Shown piece after piece: positions 30,118-40,578 of a stretch of DNA of 64,000 nucleotides. Source of the DNA: an uncultured Methylomirabilota bacterium. GTDB lineage: Bacteria; Methylomirabilota; Methylomirabilia; Methylomirabilales; 2-02-FULL-66-22. The stretch's first letter is position 1, and each line of letters starts with the position of its first letter. A program made the translations under genes and the position numbers. The notes beneath the pieces were generated by a model. That model ran no database searches. It was not told where the DNA came from and saw only the letters and a program-made list of their open reading frames with translations. The stretch spans positions 32,001-96,000 of the forward strand of contig CAWJSJ010000003.1 of assembly GCA_963845565.1 (NCBI GenBank). Direction: 5' to 3'.

Positions 30118-30459
30118 TCAGTGATCCCACCCATGGCGATGCTTCCAGTGGCCGTGTCCCCGGTGCTTCCAGTATCCTGGAGGCCCCCAGGAGTTGTACA
30201 CCACCACCGGTGCAGGCGCATAGAAAACCGGCGGGGGCGCGTAATAGGCGACCCGGGGTGGGGGCGGGGGAACCGCCGCCACCACGGGAACAGGACCGAA
30301 CGCCCCGAGCAGCATCCCGCCGACCGTCACCACACCGGCCCCGATGGCCACACCCGCCCACCGATTTCGCACGGCATGCGGGTCGCCAGCAAGTGCCGTC
30401 ACGGGAATCGCCGCGATCATCAGGCAACCCATCAACGTAATTACCACTATCTTGCGCAT
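30118..30459 (-). CDS. Secreted Pro/Tyr-rich, His-tailed hypothetical protein
   Basis: Signal peptide, glycine-zipper-like segment, YYAPPPV repeats, HRGHGHWKHRH; AGGAGG RBS. Confidence 0.7.
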   Translation of the reverse strand: MRKIVVITLMGCLMIAAIPVTALAGDPHAVRNRWAGVAIGAGVVTVGGMLLGAFGPVPVVAAVPPPPPRVAYYAPPPVFYAPAPVVVYNSWGPPGYWKHRGHGHWKHRHGWDH

Positions 30460-31131
30460 CGAAGCACCTCCTTGGCTTTCTCGTACCCTCTCAGACGCAG
30501 AGTGGCTTGCCATTATTCATGCGGGATGACTACCGGACCACACGACGCATCTTCACCCGCGCCGACAAGAGAGAGCAAAGCGCGTGCCGGGCGACCACAC
30601 GGAACCTGCGCAGCCTGGCGGACGATGCCCCATCGTACGTGTAGGATTTTCGTAGCCCGGCCACGCGCACCGCCACGCACAACGCGAAGTGACGTCTGGA
30701 CAGGACGTTATCGGTAGGTCGGTCGCACCACAAAGAAGGAACTTCTTACACGGAATGCGGGAGTGGCTCACCGGGGGCCGAATCGACACGCGAGGCTGCG
30801 GCGGTACCCCGCGATCCCCCCTCCCGATGCCGGACGGCGCCGTTGAACCCCAAAACGTCTATAGCCGACCCCAAACCGTCGGCGAGCGTTTCCTTGCGGG
30901 GCCGACCCCGATCCGATCGCCACCTACGGCGCCGTCGCCGTCCGTGCCGCCTTCACCCGCTGGTGGTGCACAAAACAGTACGAGGCGATCGTCGCATGGG
31001 GCGATCGCCTCGACTCGTCGGCTCTGGACTCCGAACCGCTCTTGCGCCTCTATCTCGAATGCGCCCGGCACGCCGCGGGTGGCGCCGGTTCACCGGCGAA
31101 CGGCTGATCCCCTACGCCCGCGCGGCTCGGT

Positions 31132-32625
31132 TCAGCTCTTCGGCTTCCACCGGAGGATCGGCTGCCGGGCCGCGCGCGTCTCGTCCATCCGGCTCACCCG
31201 GGGCTTGTGCGGCGCCCCGCGGACCACCTCGGGCTCTTCTCGTGCCTCCCGGGCGATCTCCCGCATCGCGGCGATAAACTGATCCAGCGTCTCCTTGCTC
31301 TCGGTTTCGGTCGGCTCGATCATCAACGCACCGGACACGATGAGTGGGAAGTAGATCGTGGGCGGATGGAAGCCGTAGTCCATCAACCGCTTGGCGACGT
31401 CGAGCGTCTTGACGTCGTTCTGGATCTGGATCGCGTCCGAGAACACGCACTCGTGCTTGCACAGCCGGTCGTACGGCAAATGATACGCGCCCTTGAGCTG
31501 ATGCATGATGTAGTTGGCGTTCAGGACCGCCGTTTCCGCCGCCTGCGTCAGACCCGCCGCCCCGAGGCTTCGGATGTAGGCGTAGGCCCGCACCATCACG
31601 CCGAAGCTGGCGGCGAAGGAGCGCACCTTGCCGATGGATTGCGGCCGGTCGAAGTCCAGGACGAACGCGTCGCTCCGCTTCTCGACGGTCGGGACCGGCA
31701 GGAAAGGCGCCAGGTGCTTCCGGACACCCACCGGCCCTGCGCCCGGGCCGCCCCCGCCATGGGGCTGAGAAAAGGTCTTGTGCAGGTTGATCTGGATCAG
31801 ATCCACGCCCCAATCGCCGGGCCGCGTGACTCCCATGACGGCGTTCAGGTTGGCGCCGTCGCAGTACACCTGGCCGCCCTTGGCATGAACGATCGCGGCG
31901 ATCTCGGCGATGTGCTCCTCGAAGAGTCCCAGCGTGTTGGGGTTGGTGATCATGATGGCCGCCACCTGGTCGTCCATGGCCTCGGCCACCGCCTGCGGCT
32001 CCACCACCCCCTGCGGGCCCGACTTGATTGTCACAACCTGGTACCCGCAGAGGGCTGAGCTGGCCGGGTTGGTCCCGTGGGCCGACTCGGGGATGAGGAT
32101 CTTCCGCCGCGGGCTCCCCTTGGACTGGTGGTAGGCCCGGATCATCATGACGCCGGTCAATTCGCCGTGCGCCCCGGCCGAGGGATGGAGCGAGACGCGG
32201 TCGAGGCCGCTGATCTCCGCCAGGTACCGCTCCAGCTCCCACATCAGCTCCAGCGCCCCCTGGGCCAGCGCGTCGGGCAGGTACGGATGCGCTCTGGCAA
32301 AGCCGGGCAGCCGCGCCACGTCCTCGTTCACCCGGGGGTTGTACTTCATCGTGCACGAACCGAGCGGGTAGAAGCCCAGGTCGATCCCGAAGTTCCACTG
32401 CGAGATCCGCGTGTAATGCCGCACCACGTCCACCTCGCTCACCTCGGGCAGGCCGGGGATCGGACCGCGCAGGAGGTGGGAGGGGATCAGCGCCTCCGCC
32501 TTTTTTTCGGGCACATCGCAGGGCGGCAGCGAGTATCCCACCCGCCCGGGACTCCCCTGGTCGAATATCAACGGTTCGTTGAAGGCCAGCCCCTGGGTTC
32601 CGACGGTGCGCTCCGGGCCGCTCAT
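31132..32625 (-). CDS. gcvPB: Glycine dehydrogenase subunit 2
   Basis: [52 protein letters not shown]. Confidence 0.95.
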   Translation of the reverse strand: MSGPERTVGTQGLAFNEPLIFDQGSPGRVGYSLPPCDVPEKKAEALIPSHLLRGPIPGLPEVSEVDVVRHYTRISQWNFGIDLGFYPLGSCTMKYNPRVNEDVARLPGFARAHPYLPDALAQGALELMWELERYLAEISGLDRVSLHPSAGAHGELTGVMMIRAYHQSKGSPRRKILIPESAHGTNPASSALCGYQVVTIKSGPQGVVEPQAVAEAMDDQVAAIMITNPNTLGLFEEHIAEIAAIVHAKGGQVYCDGANLNAVMGVTRPGDWGVDLIQINLHKTFSQPHGGGGPGAGPVGVRKHLAPFLPVPTVEKRSDAFVLDFDRPQSIGKVRSFAASFGVMVRAYAYIRSLGAAGLTQAAETAVLNANYIMHQLKGAYHLPYDRLCKHECVFSDAIQIQNDVKTLDVAKRLMDYGFHPPTIYFPLIVSGALMIEPTETESKETLDQFIAAMREIAREAREEPEVVRGAPHKPRVSRMDETRAARQPILRWKPKS

Positions 32626-33968
32626 CGCACGCCTCCCAGCGCCTCGATCAGCGCGTCGATCTGTTCCCGCGTCTTCTGCTCCGTCACGCACAGCAGGAGA
32701 CAGTCCGCAAGTTCCGGATAGAAGCGCCCCAGATCCACGCCGCCGATGATCTCGTGTTTCAGGAGCTGCTTCAGGATCGCCGCCGGCTTCTTCGCCACCC
32801 GCACGACGAACTCGTTGAACGTCGGTCCCCCGAACCGGATGCCGCACCCCGACACCTTGCCCAGGCGTCCCTTGGCGAACGCCGCCTTGCGCAGGTTCTG
32901 GAGCGCCACCTCACGGAGTCCCTGCGGTCCCATGCTCACCAGGTAGATGGTGGCCATGAGGGCGATCAGTGACTCCGCCGTGCAGATGTTGGAGGTGGCC
33001 TTCTCGCGACGGATGTGCTGCTCCCGGGTGGCCAGGGTCAGGACGTACCCCGGGCGGCCATCCCGATCCACCGTCTGCCCCACCAGTCGGCCCGGCACGT
33101 GGCGCACGTACTGCTCGCGGGTCGCCAGGAATCCCAGGGCGGGGCCGCCGTAATTCATCCCGGTCCCCAGGCCCTGCCCCTCGCCCGTCACCAGATCCGC
33201 GCCGCACTCGCCGGGCGACTTCAGGAGGCCCAGGGCGATCGGCTCGGCCACGCACACCACGCAGAGCGCACCGGCGGCATGTGCGGCCTCGGCCAGCGGG
33301 ACGAGGTCCTCGACGCCGCCGAAGAAGTTGGGATATTGCACCACCAGACAGGCGGTCTGGGGCCCCAGCGTGCGCTTCACCGCGTCCAGGTCGGTCACAC
33401 CGGCCTCGTTGAACGCGATCTCGCGAAAGACGAGGCCGACCTGCGCGGCGTAGGTCCGGGCGACTTGGCGGTACTCCGGATGGACCGCGCGTCCCACCAC
33501 GACCTCGGTCCGCCCCGTGATCCGATGCGCCATCAGGATGGCCTCCGCCGTCGAGGACGCCCCTTCGTACATGGACGCGTTGCTCACCTCCATCCCGGTG
33601 AGTTGACAGACGAGGGTCTGGTACTCGAACAGCGCCTGCAGCGTCCCCTGGGAGATCTCGGGCTGGTACGGCGTGTAGGCGGTGAGGAACTCGCCCCGCA
33701 GCACGAGGTGCGCGATGATGGCCGGGCTGAAGTGGTCGTAGCAGCCCGCCCCCAGGAAGCTGTTGTACCGATCCGCGTCCGCGTTGCGGTCTGCCAACGA
33801 CCGCAACCGCTTCACCACCTCCGCCTCCGCCAAGGCCGGGGGGATCTTCAGGGGCCGCTTCAGCCGCAAGGCGTCCGGAACGTCCGCAAACAAGTTGTCC
33901 ACCGATCCGGCGCCGATGGCGTCCAGCATCTGCCGCCGATCCTGCTCGGTGTTCGGTATGTAACGCAT
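32622..33968 (-). CDS. gcvPA: Glycine dehydrogenase subunit 1
   Basis: [35 protein letters not shown]. Confidence 0.95.
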   Translation of the reverse strand: MRYIPNTEQDRRQMLDAIGAGSVDNLFADVPDALRLKRPLKIPPALAEAEVVKRLRSLADRNADADRYNSFLGAGCYDHFSPAIIAHLVLRGEFLTAYTPYQPEISQGTLQALFEYQTLVCQLTGMEVSNASMYEGASSTAEAILMAHRITGRTEVVVGRAVHPEYRQVARTYAAQVGLVFREIAFNEAGVTDLDAVKRTLGPQTACLVVQYPNFFGGVEDLVPLAEAAHAAGALCVVCVAEPIALGLLKSPGECGADLVTGEGQGLGTGMNYGGPALGFLATREQYVRHVPGRLVGQTVDRDGRPGYVLTLATREQHIRREKATSNICTAESLIALMATIYLVSMGPQGLREVALQNLRKAAFAKGRLGKVSGCGIRFGGPTFNEFVVRVAKKPAAILKQLLKHEIIGGVDLGRFYPELADCLLLCVTEQKTREQIDALIEALGGVR

Positions 33969-33987
33969 GAGAGCCTCTCAGCAATCC

Positions 33988-34137
33988 GTGAGTCGCACGT
34001 CGATTCGTCAAACGGTCAACCGGTCAACCGGAAGAGACCGTGCCGAATTGACGCGTTGACTCGTTGACCAATCGGCACCGCCGCCGCTCGTCTCGTTGCC
34101 CAATTGCCAGGTTGTGTACTTACCGAGTTGCCTGAAC
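33988..34137. repeat. Octamer palindromic repeat inside the gcv operon
   Basis: acgtcgat tcgtcaaa cggtcaac cggtcaac ... ttgacgcg ttgactcg ttgaccaa. Confidence 0.72.
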
Positions 34138-34138
34138 G

Positions 34139-34531
34139 TCAGTGCCCCTCGCTGGCGAGAAACGCCTCGTACGCCTTGACGTCCATCAGCGCGTCCAGCT
34201 CCTTCGCGTTGGCCAATTCCACCACGACGATCCACCCGGCGCCGTAGCAGTCCTTGTTGACCAGTTCCGGTGCGGTTTCCAGGGCCGTATTGACCTCCAC
34301 AACTGCGCCCCCCACCGGCGAGTAGACGTCGGAGACCGCCTTGACCGACTCGACGACGCCGAAGGCCTCCATCTGCTTCACGGCCCGCCCCACCTTGGGC
34401 AGCTCGACGAAGACCACATCCCCCAGAGCGGTCTGCGCGTGATGCGTGAGGCCGATCCGTCCCCGCGCGCCTTCAACCTTGACCCACTCGTGCTCCTTCG
34501 AATACTTCAGGTCGGCTGGATACATGTGCAC
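34139..34531 (-). CDS. gcvH: Glycine cleavage system H protein
   Basis: YSKEHEW, LGDVVFVELP, VVESVKAVSD (lipoyl Lys). Confidence 0.95.
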   Translation of the reverse strand: MHMYPADLKYSKEHEWVKVEGARGRIGLTHHAQTALGDVVFVELPKVGRAVKQMEAFGVVESVKAVSDVYSPVGGAVVEVNTALETAPELVNKDCYGAGWIVVVELANAKELDALMDVKAYEAFLASEGH

Positions 34532-34541
34532 TCCTCCTGTG

Positions 34542-35645
34542 TCAACGGGATCGCTTGTAGAACGGTGTCGGAACGATCCGGGCGGCCACCGGCTGGTCGC
34601 GGATCAGGATCTCGATCGGGGTGCCGACCGCGGCATGGGCGATTGCCACATACCCGAGGCCGATCGCCTTGCCGAGCCAGGGGGATGGTGCGCCGCTGGT
34701 CACCTCGCCGATGCGCACGCCGGCGGCGACGATCGGATAGTGCGATCGCGCGATGCCCCGTCCCACCATCTCGAACCCCACCAGCTTCCGCGCGACCCCC
34801 TCGGCCTTCTGCCGAGCCAGCGCGTCGCGCCCGATGAACTCCCCCTTCTGGAGCTTCACGATCCACGCCAGATCGGCCTCCAGGACGGTGTGCTCGTCGT
34901 CGATGTCGTTTCCGTAGAGCGCCATCTTGGCTTCCAGCCGCAGGGTGTCCCGCGCCCCAAGGCCGCAGGGAAGGAGCCCCAACGGAGTCCCCGCTTCCAA
35001 AAGGGCGTTCCACAGATCCGGCGCGCGTTGCGGGGAGACGTACACCTCGAAGCCGTCCTCGCCCGTGTACCCCGTGCGGGACAGCAGCGCCTCTTCCCCC
35101 AGGATCGGGCCGCGCCCGAACCAGTAGTAGGGAATCGCCGCCAGATCTACCGGCGTGAGCGTCTGGAGAATGGCCAGCGCCCGGGGGCCCTGGATGGCCA
35201 CCAGCGCGGTCGCCTCGCTCTGGTCGACGATCGTCGCCCCCGGCGCGTGCTCGCGCATCCAGCGGAGGTCCTTCTCGATGTTCGCCGCGTTCAGCGTCAC
35301 CAGGTAGCGGTCCTCGGCCAGGCGGTACACGGTCAGGTCGTCCACGAACGTTCCGTTCGGCGTGGTGAGGGCGGAATACTGCACCTGGCCCACCTGGAGC
35401 CGCGCGGCGTCGTTACTGGTCAGCCGCTGCAGCGCCGCCAGGGCACCCGACCCCTGAAATTCGACCTCGCCCATGTGGGACACATCGAAGAGGCCCGCGG
35501 CGGAGCGCACGGCCCGGTGCTCCTCCAGGATCCCGCGATACTGTATCGGCATTTCCCACCGCCCGAAGGGGACCAGCTTGGCGCCCAGCGCTCGGTGCTG
35601 CGCATGGAGCGGCGTCTGCTTCAGGGGGCCCTCAAGACCGGTCAT
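34542..35645 (-). CDS. gcvT: Glycine cleavage system aminomethyltransferase T
   Basis: GLFDVSHMGE, SRTGYTGEDGFE, GLGARDTLRLEA. Confidence 0.95.
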   Translation of the reverse strand: MTGLEGPLKQTPLHAQHRALGAKLVPFGRWEMPIQYRGILEEHRAVRSAAGLFDVSHMGEVEFQGSGALAALQRLTSNDAARLQVGQVQYSALTTPNGTFVDDLTVYRLAEDRYLVTLNAANIEKDLRWMREHAPGATIVDQSEATALVAIQGPRALAILQTLTPVDLAAIPYYWFGRGPILGEEALLSRTGYTGEDGFEVYVSPQRAPDLWNALLEAGTPLGLLPCGLGARDTLRLEAKMALYGNDIDDEHTVLEADLAWIVKLQKGEFIGRDALARQKAEGVARKLVGFEMVGRGIARSHYPIVAAGVRIGEVTSGAPSPWLGKAIGLGYVAIAHAAVGTPIEILIRDQPVAARIVPTPFYKRSR

Positions 35646-35710
35646 GGTGCACCTCCGACGGATCTGCGTGGGTGACGGACAGCGAGCGGCAGCACACGAC
35701 AAACGGCGCG

Positions 35711-35739
35711 ATTCTTCGACGGGGCCGGCGCTTTGTCAA
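35711..35739 (-). promoter_or_regulatory. Sigma70-like promoter for the gcv operon
   Basis: Minus strand TTGACA-N17-AAGAAT. Confidence 0.5.
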
Positions 35740-35749
35740 GGAAAAATCC

Positions 35750-37138
35750 TCAGCCTTTTCGGGCGTCGGCGCCACACAGCGTCAGCGCCAGTGTTTCCAG
35801 AATGACCCCCTCCGCCTGGCCGGTGTTCTTGAGCGCCAGGTCCGCCTGGTGGATCGCGTCGAGCCCGCGCAGGAGGTCCGTCAGGGTGAAGCGACTGCTC
35901 GCCTTGAGCAGGTTGAAGGTCCGAAACGGGTGCATCGCGCGAAGCTTCGCCGCCGAGCCATCGTCCGGCCCGGCCTCCGCCGCCAGGCGCGGGAGCACGC
36001 GCGACTGAAACGCCGGATACGTCAGGCGCGGGTCAATCTGCCCGTCCAGGCGACCGTCCAGCGCACAGCGCGCCAGCAGGAGACTCCGAATGGTCGCGGC
36101 GATCATGCCGAGGATCGGCTGGGCGCCTTCGCGCTGGGCGGCCAGAGCGCGCAGCGCGTGCAACGCCCCGGCGACGTCGCGCCCTTCGAGGGCATTGGTC
36201 AGGTCGAAGATGCCGGCTTCCCGCGAACTGCTGAGAACGGCCAGGACGTCCGCCGTGCGCACCTCCGCCCGATCTCCGACGTACAGGAGGATCTTCTCCA
36301 ACTCCGATTCCAGGGTCCGCACGCTGAACCCGGTGCGTTCCACGATGCAGGTCGCCGCCCCCTCGTCGATGCGCTTGCCGGCGCGGTGGACGGCCTCCTT
36401 GATCCGAGCCCGCGCGACCTCGGGCTTCATCTGAGTCTCGCCCAGTTTCCCGGTGCGCACACCGCAATCCACCACCACGCCGGTCTCGGCGATCCGCTTG
36501 AAGAGGGCGCGTCGCTGGTCCACCACCTCGGCCGTCAAGATCAGAACGGCCCCCGGCGGGATCCCGCGCTTGAGCAGGTCTTCAAAGACCGCGGCCGTGC
36601 CCGCGCCGATGGCCTCCGGAATCTCGGCCCCGTCGGCCACCAGGCGGCGCGCGGTCTCGCGCACCCATTGTGTTGACTCCTCCGTCGACGGGACGGTCAG
36701 CAGGTCCTTCCACAGGACCGCGGGGAGCTCCCCCTGCATCGCGCGCTCCAGGAAGGGCCGATCCAGCCCGGCCACGCCGGCCGCTTGGAGAAAGCCGCGC
36801 GCGGCTTTCTCGGCGTCGCGGGCTTTCCACGCCTCCCAGCTCTTCCGGAACAGGTCGCCGACGTTCTGCTTGGACACGAAGGCCTTGGTATCGCGGACGA
36901 CCACTACCTTGGTCCCCCCGAACAACGGGACCGTGCGGAGCCGCCCCGGCACGGTCGCCGCCTCGGCGTCCTCGTTGATCGTCTCCACGCTCAGGGCCTG
37001 ATGGTCGGCCGGTACCAGCGCGTCCACGATGGCTCGGGCACCCTCACGCGCCACCAGCTCGTCCCCGCACAGCAGGTACACGGAGGCGACCGTTCCCCGG
37101 CCGATGTCCGCCATCACCTTGTCCATCAGGCCGCCCAT
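35750..37138 (-). CDS. holA: DNA polymerase III delta subunit (long form)
   Basis: SVYLLCGDE, TVPLFGG.KVVVV, LESELEKILLY, IFDLTNAL, ADLALK. Confidence 0.82.
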   Translation of the reverse strand: MGGLMDKVMADIGRGTVASVYLLCGDELVAREGARAIVDALVPADHQALSVETINEDAEAATVPGRLRTVPLFGGTKVVVVRDTKAFVSKQNVGDLFRKSWEAWKARDAEKAARGFLQAAGVAGLDRPFLERAMQGELPAVLWKDLLTVPSTEESTQWVRETARRLVADGAEIPEAIGAGTAAVFEDLLKRGIPPGAVLILTAEVVDQRRALFKRIAETGVVVDCGVRTGKLGETQMKPEVARARIKEAVHRAGKRIDEGAATCIVERTGFSVRTLESELEKILLYVGDRAEVRTADVLAVLSSSREAGIFDLTNALEGRDVAGALHALRALAAQREGAQPILGMIAATIRSLLLARCALDGRLDGQIDPRLTYPAFQSRVLPRLAAEAGPDDGSAAKLRAMHPFRTFNLLKASSRFTLTDLLRGLDAIHQADLALKNTGQAEGVILETLALTLCGADARKG

Positions 37139-37142
37139 GGCC

Positions 37143-38369
37143 TCATCCCCTCCCGCCGCCCGGCGAGCCGGCGCGCGCCGCGGGCCGCGGGCCTGTCGAG
37201 CTGCCGCCCCCGGACAGTGCCGCGAGAATTTCCGGGCCGAACTCGGCCACCCGCCAGCGGCGCATCCCGTCCACCGCCTCCAGCGCGGGCAGGCCCGCCG
37301 GGGCGCCCTGCGCCAGCGGCTCGATCAGTCGCCGCGGAAGCAGGAGGCCCGGATCCAGGCCCACGCGGGGCGCGGCATCCGCCCGCCAGGCCAGCAGGGA
37401 GGCGATGCGCCGCTCCACCGCCGGCGTCAGTCGGGGCTTGGCGGGCCGGCGCAGGATCGGAAGGTCTCTCTCGGAGACGGCGAGGCCGCGCGCCACCGCC
37501 AGCAAGACACCCTCCCCATACCGCGCCAGGACGGTCGGCGTGCAGCCCGGGATCTGCGTCAACGCCTCCCGCGACTCCGGCCGCGCCGCCGCCAGGCGGA
37601 GGAGCGTCTCGTTGCCCATCACCTTGAACGGCGGCCGCCCCCGCTCGTGCGACCACGCCTCGCGGGCCACGAACAGCTCCCGCAGGATACCGAGCCCCCG
37701 CCGGTCCAAGCCGCGCACGCCCTTGATCGCGAGGCAATCGTCCGGGTCGAACACGCGTCCCGCAGCCGGCGTCCCCTCCAGCGCCCGGCACTCCTCCTCG
37801 ACCCAGCCAGTTCGTCCGCGCGCCGCCAGCGATTCCGTCAGCCGCGCGCGAAGCGCGCACAGATGGCGGACGTCCTCGGCCGCGTAGTGTTCCTGCGCGG
37901 CGCTCAGGGGGCGAACCGCCCAATCGTCCTTCTGCCGCGACTCGCCCGCTTCGATCCCGAGGACCTGCGTGAGCAACGCCGTCAACCCGACCTCGGGCAA
38001 GCCGAGGAACTGGGCGGCCACCATGGTATCGAAGAGCCCGGCCACCTCGAAGCCGAAGTCCCGTTTCATGGACGCCAGGTCGTAGGCGGCGCCGTGGAGC
38101 ACCTTGACGATGGCCGGATCGGCCAGCAGCGGGGCGAGCCCGGCGAGATCCCGGTGGGCCAACGGATCCACCAGGAACACCTCGCCCTCGGCGGTCCCCA
38201 CCTGGATCAGACACACCTTTTCGGGGAAGTGGTGCAGGCTGTCCGACTCCGAATCCATCGCCACCACGGTCGCGCCGCGCAGGCGGGCGACCAGATGCGC
38301 CAGTTCCTCGCCGTTTCGGACCCACACGGGCGGACGAACGGGCGGCCGGATGGGAGTTGCACGCGGCAT
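37143..38369 (-). CDS. rnd: Ribonuclease D with HRDC domain
   Basis: AMDSES, CLIQV, KVLHGA.YD, FDTMVAA, DWAVRPL...YAAEDV. Confidence 0.88.
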   Translation of the reverse strand: MPRATPIRPPVRPPVWVRNGEELAHLVARLRGATVVAMDSESDSLHHFPEKVCLIQVGTAEGEVFLVDPLAHRDLAGLAPLLADPAIVKVLHGAAYDLASMKRDFGFEVAGLFDTMVAAQFLGLPEVGLTALLTQVLGIEAGESRQKDDWAVRPLSAAQEHYAAEDVRHLCALRARLTESLAARGRTGWVEEECRALEGTPAAGRVFDPDDCLAIKGVRGLDRRGLGILRELFVAREAWSHERGRPPFKVMGNETLLRLAAARPESREALTQIPGCTPTVLARYGEGVLLAVARGLAVSERDLPILRRPAKPRLTPAVERRIASLLAWRADAAPRVGLDPGLLLPRRLIEPLAQGAPAGLPALEAVDGMRRWRVAEFGPEILAALSGGGSSTGPRPAARAGSPGGGRG

Positions 38370-38420
38370 GACGGTCTCGCGGTCGGAGGATCTCGGAGGC
38401 ACAACCGACCCGGTGGATGG

Positions 38421-38813
38421 CTATTTGATGGCCAGCTTGCCCGTGGTGGCGAACAGACCGATCCAGCGCTGGGAAGTGCAGGCGACGTCGTAGACGCCCG
38501 ATCGGCCGGCGAGCACTTGGATCGCGGCGGTGGTCCCCGCGGGAACGTTCTGCCGGACGCCCAGGTCCGGGATGAGGAAAAAGTGGTCCTTCCCGACACT
38601 GGTCACCTGGAACGTCAGAATCGCGGCGCGTCCGCCTCGATCCGCTGCCATCACCGATGGTTCGCAGCGGTTCTCCCGCGCCACCACGTCGAACGCGTGC
38701 CGCGCCACCTCGGCCGGGGTCACCATGGGGGGGACCCGCTCAGGAAACAGCCGGGCGCACCCCCCGGTCAGCAGGAACCCCGCCAGCCCTACGATCAGTA
38801 TCGTCCGCCGCAC
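38421..38813 (-). CDS. Lipoprotein, cupredoxin-like
   Basis: Lipobox-like TGGC, EPS.., HFFLIP, GVYDVACT...TGKL. Confidence 0.6.
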   Translation of the reverse strand: MRRTILIVGLAGFLLTGGCARLFPERVPPMVTPAEVARHAFDVVARENRCEPSVMAADRGGRAAILTFQVTSVGKDHFFLIPDLGVRQNVPAGTTAAIQVLAGRSGVYDVACTSQRWIGLFATTGKLAIK

Positions 38814-39051
38814 ACGCGCTCCTCCTCGATGAAGGACGCGGAAGATTAGCATGCGCCTGGTCAAGTTGCAACGGTCGGGTTCACCCGGTGCGAGGCGCCC
38901 GTTCCGACCCGCCCGAGGCCGCGGCGGATCGACCCCGCACGAACCCGTTGACCGGGGGGTGGGCCTCGGGATATATGTGGTGCCGCCACGGGCGTGGACC
39001 GTGGGTCGCACCCGGCGACCCGCACCCGCATGACCCGGAACCGAGGACCGC

Positions 39052-40431
39052 ATGGACCATCACGCGCGCATCGCATCGAAACGCCGCCACGTCCGGCAGC
39101 GGGCCCAGGATCTGCTCGAGCGGCTGGACCGCATGGACGACGAAGAGCTCCGGTGGACCGTGCGCCTGTTCGCCGACTGCCTATCGCCGGAGCAGCGGGC
39201 CGCCTGTCTCGGCGCCTATGACGAGCGGTGGCCCGTCGAAGAGCGCCGCGCGTTCGTCGCGGCGTTCGTTCCGCGCTACACGGACCTGGCCCTGGCCTCC
39301 CTGGACCGGGCGGAGGCCGCGGCCCCAGGCGGCCTCGCATCCTGGACCGACGAGGACCTGCAAGGGACCTCGCTGGCCGAGAAGTGGGCGTGCCTCGCGG
39401 AGGGTCCGGACGGGCTGCGTCCCGACCAACTCCGGCGGGAGCTGGCTCGCCTGTTCATGTGCAAGTCCTACGACCTGTTTCACGACGCCGGATTGTCCGA
39501 GGCTGCGGTGGAATACCCGGCCTATCACCGGGTACGCGAAGCCCTGGAGACCCAGCCTGACGCCGTCATCGCCGACCTGGTCGGCCTGGTCGTCGGGCAG
39601 GGCGCGGGGCTTCGATCCCGGGAGCCGCACGAGGTCGAGGCGGCGCTGGCGTACATCCGAGAGGGCCTCAGTCAACGCCTCGGGATCGCGATCCCTCCGG
39701 ATCGCCTCTTCGCGGGCCAGATGCTCCGGCTGCCTCTCGACCACCCCGATCAGGTCGTGGAAGCCGCCACCCCCGGTCCCACCCCCGCGCCCTGGGACCT
39801 GCCGGGCGTGGATCTGCCGACGGCGTTTCTGGTCCTGGCGGATCTGATGACGCAGGGCGAGGTGGAGGAGTACCTCCTCCCCCTGCGTCGCCAGTATCGG
39901 TCGATCGCCGAGGTGCCGGGCCAGGAGCTGCGCAGCTTGCTCTCGCGCCTCTGGGGGCGGTTGGGGGATCGCCGCCTGACCGATTTCGCCGAGCGGTATC
40001 GCTCGGGTCGGATGGTCGCCGACCGGAAGGTGGCGCCGGAGGTCTGGGGCCTCCTCCCCCAGCCGGAGCAATTGACCATCCTCGAGCGGGACAACCGCGC
40101 CATGGATATCGGGCAGGCCGCGCGCCACCTGGTCAAGATCCTCTTCAGCTTCCAGTACGACACGCTGTTCGACGCGGGGTTCCACGTCGCCCTGCTGCGG
40201 TCGCCCCGCTATCAACAGCTCATCAGTCGGCTGACCGCGGGCGACGACGCTGCGGAGACCCGGCGGCTGGCGATCCTGACGCAGACGGTGACGCACCAGA
40301 TGCTCGATCTGGAGATGATGGCCCCCGACGCCCGCCGGACGCGCCTGCAGGAGATCCGGACGCTGATCGCGGCCACCCTCGACCTCCCCGACGATCTCAC
40401 CTACCCTGCCCGAAAAGAGGGACGGGCCTGA
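39052..40431 (+). CDS. Hypothetical protein with internal domain duplication
   Basis: 459-aa ORF with GAGGA RBS; two homologous halves. Confidence 0.75.
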   Translation: MDHHARIASKRRHVRQRAQDLLERLDRMDDEELRWTVRLFADCLSPEQRAACLGAYDERWPVEERRAFVAAFVPRYTDLALASLDRAEAAAPGGLASWTDEDLQGTSLAEKWACLAEGPDGLRPDQLRRELARLFMCKSYDLFHDAGLSEAAVEYPAYHRVREALETQPDAVIADLVGLVVGQGAGLRSREPHEVEAALAYIREGLSQRLGIAIPPDRLFAGQMLRLPLDHPDQVVEAATPGPTPAPWDLPGVDLPTAFLVLADLMTQGEVEEYLLPLRRQYRSIAEVPGQELRSLLSRLWGRLGDRRLTDFAERYRSGRMVADRKVAPEVWGLLPQPEQLTILERDNRAMDIGQAARHLVKILFSFQYDTLFDAGFHVALLRSPRYQQLISRLTAGDDAAETRRLAILTQTVTHQMLDLEMMAPDARRTRLQEIRTLIAATLDLPDDLTYPARKEGRA

Positions 40432-40459
40432 GGCGGGTGGCTGCGACGCCCTTGGTCCG

Positions 40460-40563
40460 AAGCCGTTGTCAAAGAATGAGTTGAGCGGAGACATTCCGAA
40501 ACGGCATAAGGAGCCGTAACGAATTAGAAAGAGATGTCTAGGTTATTTCGTAACGGCTCCTAA
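40460..40563 (+). repeat. Dispersed ~105-bp repeat copy
   Basis: Near-identical to copy 1; directly upstream of the HD gene RBS. Confidence 0.92.
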
Positions 40564-40578
40564 CCACGAGGAACGGTC

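Noticed and set aside
30770..30825. tmRNA-like 5' end (GGGGGCCGAATCGAC)
   Set aside because: No matching 3' T-arm/CCA end or tag reading frame found
35646..35749. Glycine riboswitch upstream of gcvT
   Set aside because: Leader is only ~60 nt after the promoter and lacks the GGAGA...GAAGG aptamer motifs
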